Shown here one piece after another: positions 61,301-64,000 of a DNA stretch of 64,000 nucleotides. The notes under the pieces were generated by a model. That model was not told the DNA's origin, searched no databases, and saw only the letters and a program-made list of their open reading frames with translations. The translations under genes and the position numbers were made by a program. The DNA lies in NCBI GenBank assembly GCA_053919585.1, contig CM132784.1. One strand, written 5' to 3'. Positions within the stretch are counted from its first letter, which is position 1, and each line of letters starts with the position of its first letter. This DNA is from Euprymna scolopes. Its lineage: Eukaryota.

Positions 61301-64000
61301 AACTGCATCACATAATCTAAAATAATAACTGCATCACATAATCTAAAATAATAACTGCATCACATAATCTAAAATAATAACTGCATCACATAATCTAAAA
61401 TAATAACTGCATCACATAATCTAAAATAATAACTGCATCACATAATCTAAAATAATAACTGCATCACATAATCTAAAATAATAACTGCATCACATAATCT
61501 AAAATAATTAATTGCATCACATAATCTAAAATAATTAACTGCATCACATAATCTAAAATAATTAACTGCATCACATAATCTAAAATAATAACTGCATCAC
61601 ATAATCTAAAATAATAACTGCATCACATAATCTAAAATAATAACTGCATCACATAATCTAAAATAATAACTGCATCATATAATCTAAAATAATAACTGCA
61701 TCACATAATCTAAAATAATAACTGCATCACATTATCTAAAATAATAACTGCATCACATTATCTAAAATAATTAACTGCATCACATTATCTAAAATAACTT
61801 CTGCATAAACAGTTATTTTCACACAGCAACTATTTATGAGATTGTTGCATTAGCAAATTGACAAACATTCAATAAATGATTGCAACCTAACTGGAAATCT
61901 TACCTGGGAACAATCCAGCAAACGGATCCTTAGGTTGTTGGGGACTGGGCTGTGGCTGCTGCCATGTTGGTGCAGCTGGAGATGGTGTCCCCAGACTTGC
62001 TGTGCTACCAGGAGATTTCATTGAAGATAAATTACCTGCAATATTCAACCAAAACTTACCATTTTAATAACAGGAATCTGCATTTTTTTTTTTAAATATG
62101 TAAAAATCAGTTTTGACAGACAAACCAAACAAATATAAACCTTTTTTAAAATTTGAATTTAAATTAAAATGAATGTAATTTAAGCAAAACAATATTTTAG
62201 TCACAAAATATTTTTAATAAATACAATTCATTTTCTATTTTAATTATAAAATATTATTACTTGTAAAAAACGATTATCAATCAATATTAAAGTTAATTAT
62301 ATATTTAATAAAATATTATGTTTCTGATTTTGTAAATACGATTTTATAATTTGGATTTTTTTCTTTAAATAAGAATTAATAATTTGGATTTTTTTTCTTT
62401 AAATAAGAATTAATAATTTCGATTTTTTTTCTTTAAATAAGAATTAATAATTTCGATTTTGTCTTTAAGAATAAATAATTGGAATTTTTTTTCTTTAAAT
62501 AAGAATAAATAATTTGGGTTTTTTCCTTTAAATAAATTTTTATTTGATTTTTCAAACTACTGTTTTCATTTTGGATGTTATTCTTATGCTTTGAATTTCT
62601 TTAGGTGAGTCTGGTTGAATTTGTGAATCTTTGTTAGATTCTCGAATTTGTACAGAATTTCAAACAGAATCCTTTCATTGATTTATAGCGGTCACTTGTT
62701 CTTGTTCCATCATCCATGACTAGATAGAAGTATTAAGTTGCAGTTGTATTCTTAGTATTGTCTGTACTGAGGATTGAACCTTCAACCTCCACAAGATTGT
62801 CACTTAAAACTAACATACTTAGCATTTTCATCCGTTGCACCATGGGTTCTTGCTGCTAAGAATACAATTACAAAATTACTAAAAACTTCTACCTGGTCAT
62901 GGTTGACAGAATGTGAACAAGCTACTTCTGTAAAAGGTTCTTTTTGAAATGTACAGATTACTATTGTTGGCTTTGACGGGTTTTAATTTGTATGCACTCC
63001 ATGACTCATAAAATAATGACGTGCTTAAACTGCGTTTTTATTTAGCAGTTATGGTTGAAATATTTTGTTTACATTCTTGCAAACAGGAAAGAGAAAAAAA
63101 AATTATTTTATTTTAAGGAGAAAAAAAGAAAAAAATTTACCCAAGTCAGCAAATGGATCTGGAGATTTTAGATTTTGAGCACTTTTTGCTGGTTTTGGTC
63201 CCTCACCCAAAATATTCATGGCCGATGCTGCCGAAGCCGTTCTTGGAAGGCCAGTGCTGCTCATATTCATGGATCCCAGATTTTGTCCGCCAAGACCCCC
63301 AGGAGCAGAAATATTTGGTAGATTAAGTCCTGATGGAAAGCTTGGATTCTTTTTAGGTAAACTACCTGGGAAAAGGTTGCTAGTAGAGCCACTTAGGTTG
63401 GAGCTACTTAAATTGGAGTTGGAGCCAGTATTATCCCAAGAGCCCATCAAATCAATCCCAGCAGTTGGGGAAGGTTGTGGCTGGGCAGGGCTTTTTCTAC
63501 CATCCATTAGATTAAAAAATTCATTCTGCGTATTCGAAGATGACTGGAATGGATCAAAATTACCAAAATTCATTTGTGGCTCTTTGATTTCTGGTTTCTT
63601 CTGAGGTGACACCTGAGGCTGAGGATAAGTAGGTGTTGTGGCTTGCTGGAAGGGATCAAAAGTATCACCCAGGTGAGATCCTTGTGATGAAACGGACGTC
63701 TGATCACCCTTCCAGTCTGACCCACCCATCAAGAGATCAAAATTACTGACTGGTGCCGAATCATTTATGTCCAAAAGATTCATTTGTCCAGCTATCTTTT
63801 GACCGCTACTGTCATTGTTTGGTGATCGTCCACCTATATTTAGCAAATCAGCTGTTTGCTCTGGAGCTGGAGGGGCGGTAAATGTAGCCGCGAAACCGGC
63901 TTGACTATTCTCTTTATCTGTGGGTTGGGTGGGTTTATGCTGAGGTGATCCTTGGTGTTGGAAGGGTGTGGGGCTTGGCCCGCGTGAAATGTTGACCCGT
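46469..64000 (-). CDS. GAK: Cyclin-G-associated kinase / auxilin ortholog, spliced 3' part (5'-partial): complement(join(46469..46570,46912..47088,49751..49890,55041..55235,61904..62035,63141..>64000))
   Basis: 6 phase-compatible exons. The Pro/Ser-rich linker carries DLL and DPF motifs (clathrin/AP-2 binding). It is followed by [22 protein letters not shown]...PRTIGEMRK...DPDKIK and the auxilin-type J-domain [22 protein letters not shown]...[12 protein letters not shown]...[15 protein letters not shown]. Kinase/PTEN/C2 exons are outside the window, so GAK vs DNAJC6 naming is by orthology only. Confidence 0.95.
46912..47088 (-). CDS. GAK: GAK/auxilin J-domain exon
   Basis: ttgtag|...|gtaaaa; [16 protein letters not shown]...VHPDK (HPD motif); phase 0/0. 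Confidence 0.97.
47868..48899. mobile_element. MITE of about 1 kb with about 85-bp TIRs
   Basis: tacatgagtgctac....tagcgaaatacgcatcggctc...ggagc (47883-47952) is mirrored at 48815-48884; weaker similarity extends out to AAATTT on both sides. Confidence 0.88.
49197..49602 (+). mobile_element. CR1 family A 3' fragment with poly(A)
   Basis: [25 protein letters not shown]...FLMSRSP, close to the young element; A19 tail. Confidence 0.95.
49751..49890 (-). CDS. GAK: GAK/auxilin exon
   Basis: taaag|...|gtatga; [46 protein letters not shown]; phase 1/0. Confidence 0.95.
52060..53930 (-). mobile_element. 5'-truncated CR1 family B LINE
   Basis: [46 protein letters not shown]; frameshifted. Confidence 0.95.
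54095..54197. repeat. 19-bp tandem repeat gagtattaaaaaatcaaaa, about 5 copies
   Basis: Direct inspection. Confidence 0.92.
55041..55235 (-). CDS. GAK: GAK/auxilin exon
   Basis: ttgtag|...|gtaaga; TTSGAPTT...[15 protein letters not shown]; phase 1/1. Confidence 0.92.
55231..55450. repeat. Tandem repeat of the GAK intron-exon junction with variable (TA)n core, 5 acceptor copies
   Basis: Unit gtacctacaat(at)n-cccatcacatttatttact. Confidence 0.93.
55634..56022. mobile_element. hAT-superfamily MITE with perfect 8-bp TSD CTATAAAC
   Basis: TIRs TAGTGTTGGGACGATT / AATCGTCCCATCACTA; TSD at 55626-55633 and 56023-56030; ATCGGA subterminal repeats. Confidence 0.95.
57350..61800. repeat. Intronic minisatellite array of about 4.4 kb, 25-28-bp unit (A)6-9 TAACTGCATGACATAATCT, roughly 165 units
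   Basis: Direct inspection; variant units occur in ordered blocks. Confidence 0.99.
61904..62035 (-). CDS. GAK: GAK/auxilin exon
   Basis: tgcag|...|gtaaga; NLSSMKSPG...[12 protein letters not shown]; phase 1/1. Confidence 0.9.
62345..62535. repeat. Degenerate tandem repeat of about 33 bp (aataatttggattttttttctttaaataagaatt), 5-6 copies
   Basis: Direct inspection. Confidence 0.88.
62645..62959. mobile_element. Foldback element with about 110-bp imperfect arms enclosing a tRNA-like A/B-box cassette
   Basis: Arms share aat.tgtaca, tttcaaa.agaa, cttgttc, ccatgac.ag.tagaagt, ttgtattcttag. The loop on the minus strand has TGGTGCAACGG and GGTTCAATCCT. Confidence 0.7.
63141..64000 (-). CDS. GAK: GAK/auxilin large linker exon (open beyond window end)
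   Basis: Open frame to the window edge; ADLLNIG, NFDLL, FDPF x2, PDPFADL; donor g|gtaaat. Confidence 0.93.

Noticed and set aside
57350-61800. CRISPR-like array or repeat protein (LDYVMQLFF ORFs)
   Set aside because: No unique spacers, eukaryotic intron, and variable A-runs break the frame constantly.
57350-61800. Large Rbfox (UGCAUG) site cluster
   Set aside because: TGCATG is on the + strand. The GAK pre-mRNA reads CAUGCA, and there is no evidence of a + strand transcript.
62760-62850. Functional tRNA gene
   Set aside because: A/B-like boxes are present, but there is no acceptor stem or cloverleaf; treated as a SINE-type head.
63218-63604. 128-aa + strand ORF antisense to GAK (also 55111-55503 and 38466-38832)
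   Set aside because: Shadow ORFs of real exons with no independent support.

Overview
AT-rich, intron-rich metazoan genomic DNA (invertebrate; a mollusc is plausible but not provable from this window). Two host genes converge tail-to-tail. (1) HAUS3 (augmin subunit 3) is on the + strand: 12 coding exons from 1348 to the stop at 39887, all GT-AG and phase-compatible, 549 aa in the window, with the N-terminal exon(s) upstream. (2) The 3' part of GAK/auxilin is on the - strand: 6 coding exons from >64000 to the stop at 46469, giving a DPF/DLL-rich linker and a C-terminal HPD J-domain. The introns are full of mobile DNA: a young single-ORF CR1/Zenon-like LINE broken by only one nonsense change, many truncated CR1 copies from two families, RTE remnants, Penelope-like elements (one with a hammerhead-like tail), several MITEs (one hAT with a perfect 8-bp TSD), Helitron-like ends, a SINE-like repeat and a 4.4-kb minisatellite with higher-order structure. 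I see no prokaryotic features and no clearly new multi-gene system. The best leads are: the young LINE with a structured ORF1-less leader plus about 900 bp of extra 5' sequence, nested in an older relative; a five-fold tandem duplication of a GAK splice acceptor that creates AG|GT sites and candidate 6-nt microexons; a foldback element enclosing a tRNA-like Pol III cassette; and GAK-HAUS3 linkage that echoes human 4p16.3. Repeat boundaries were read by eye and are approximate unless a TSD is quoted.
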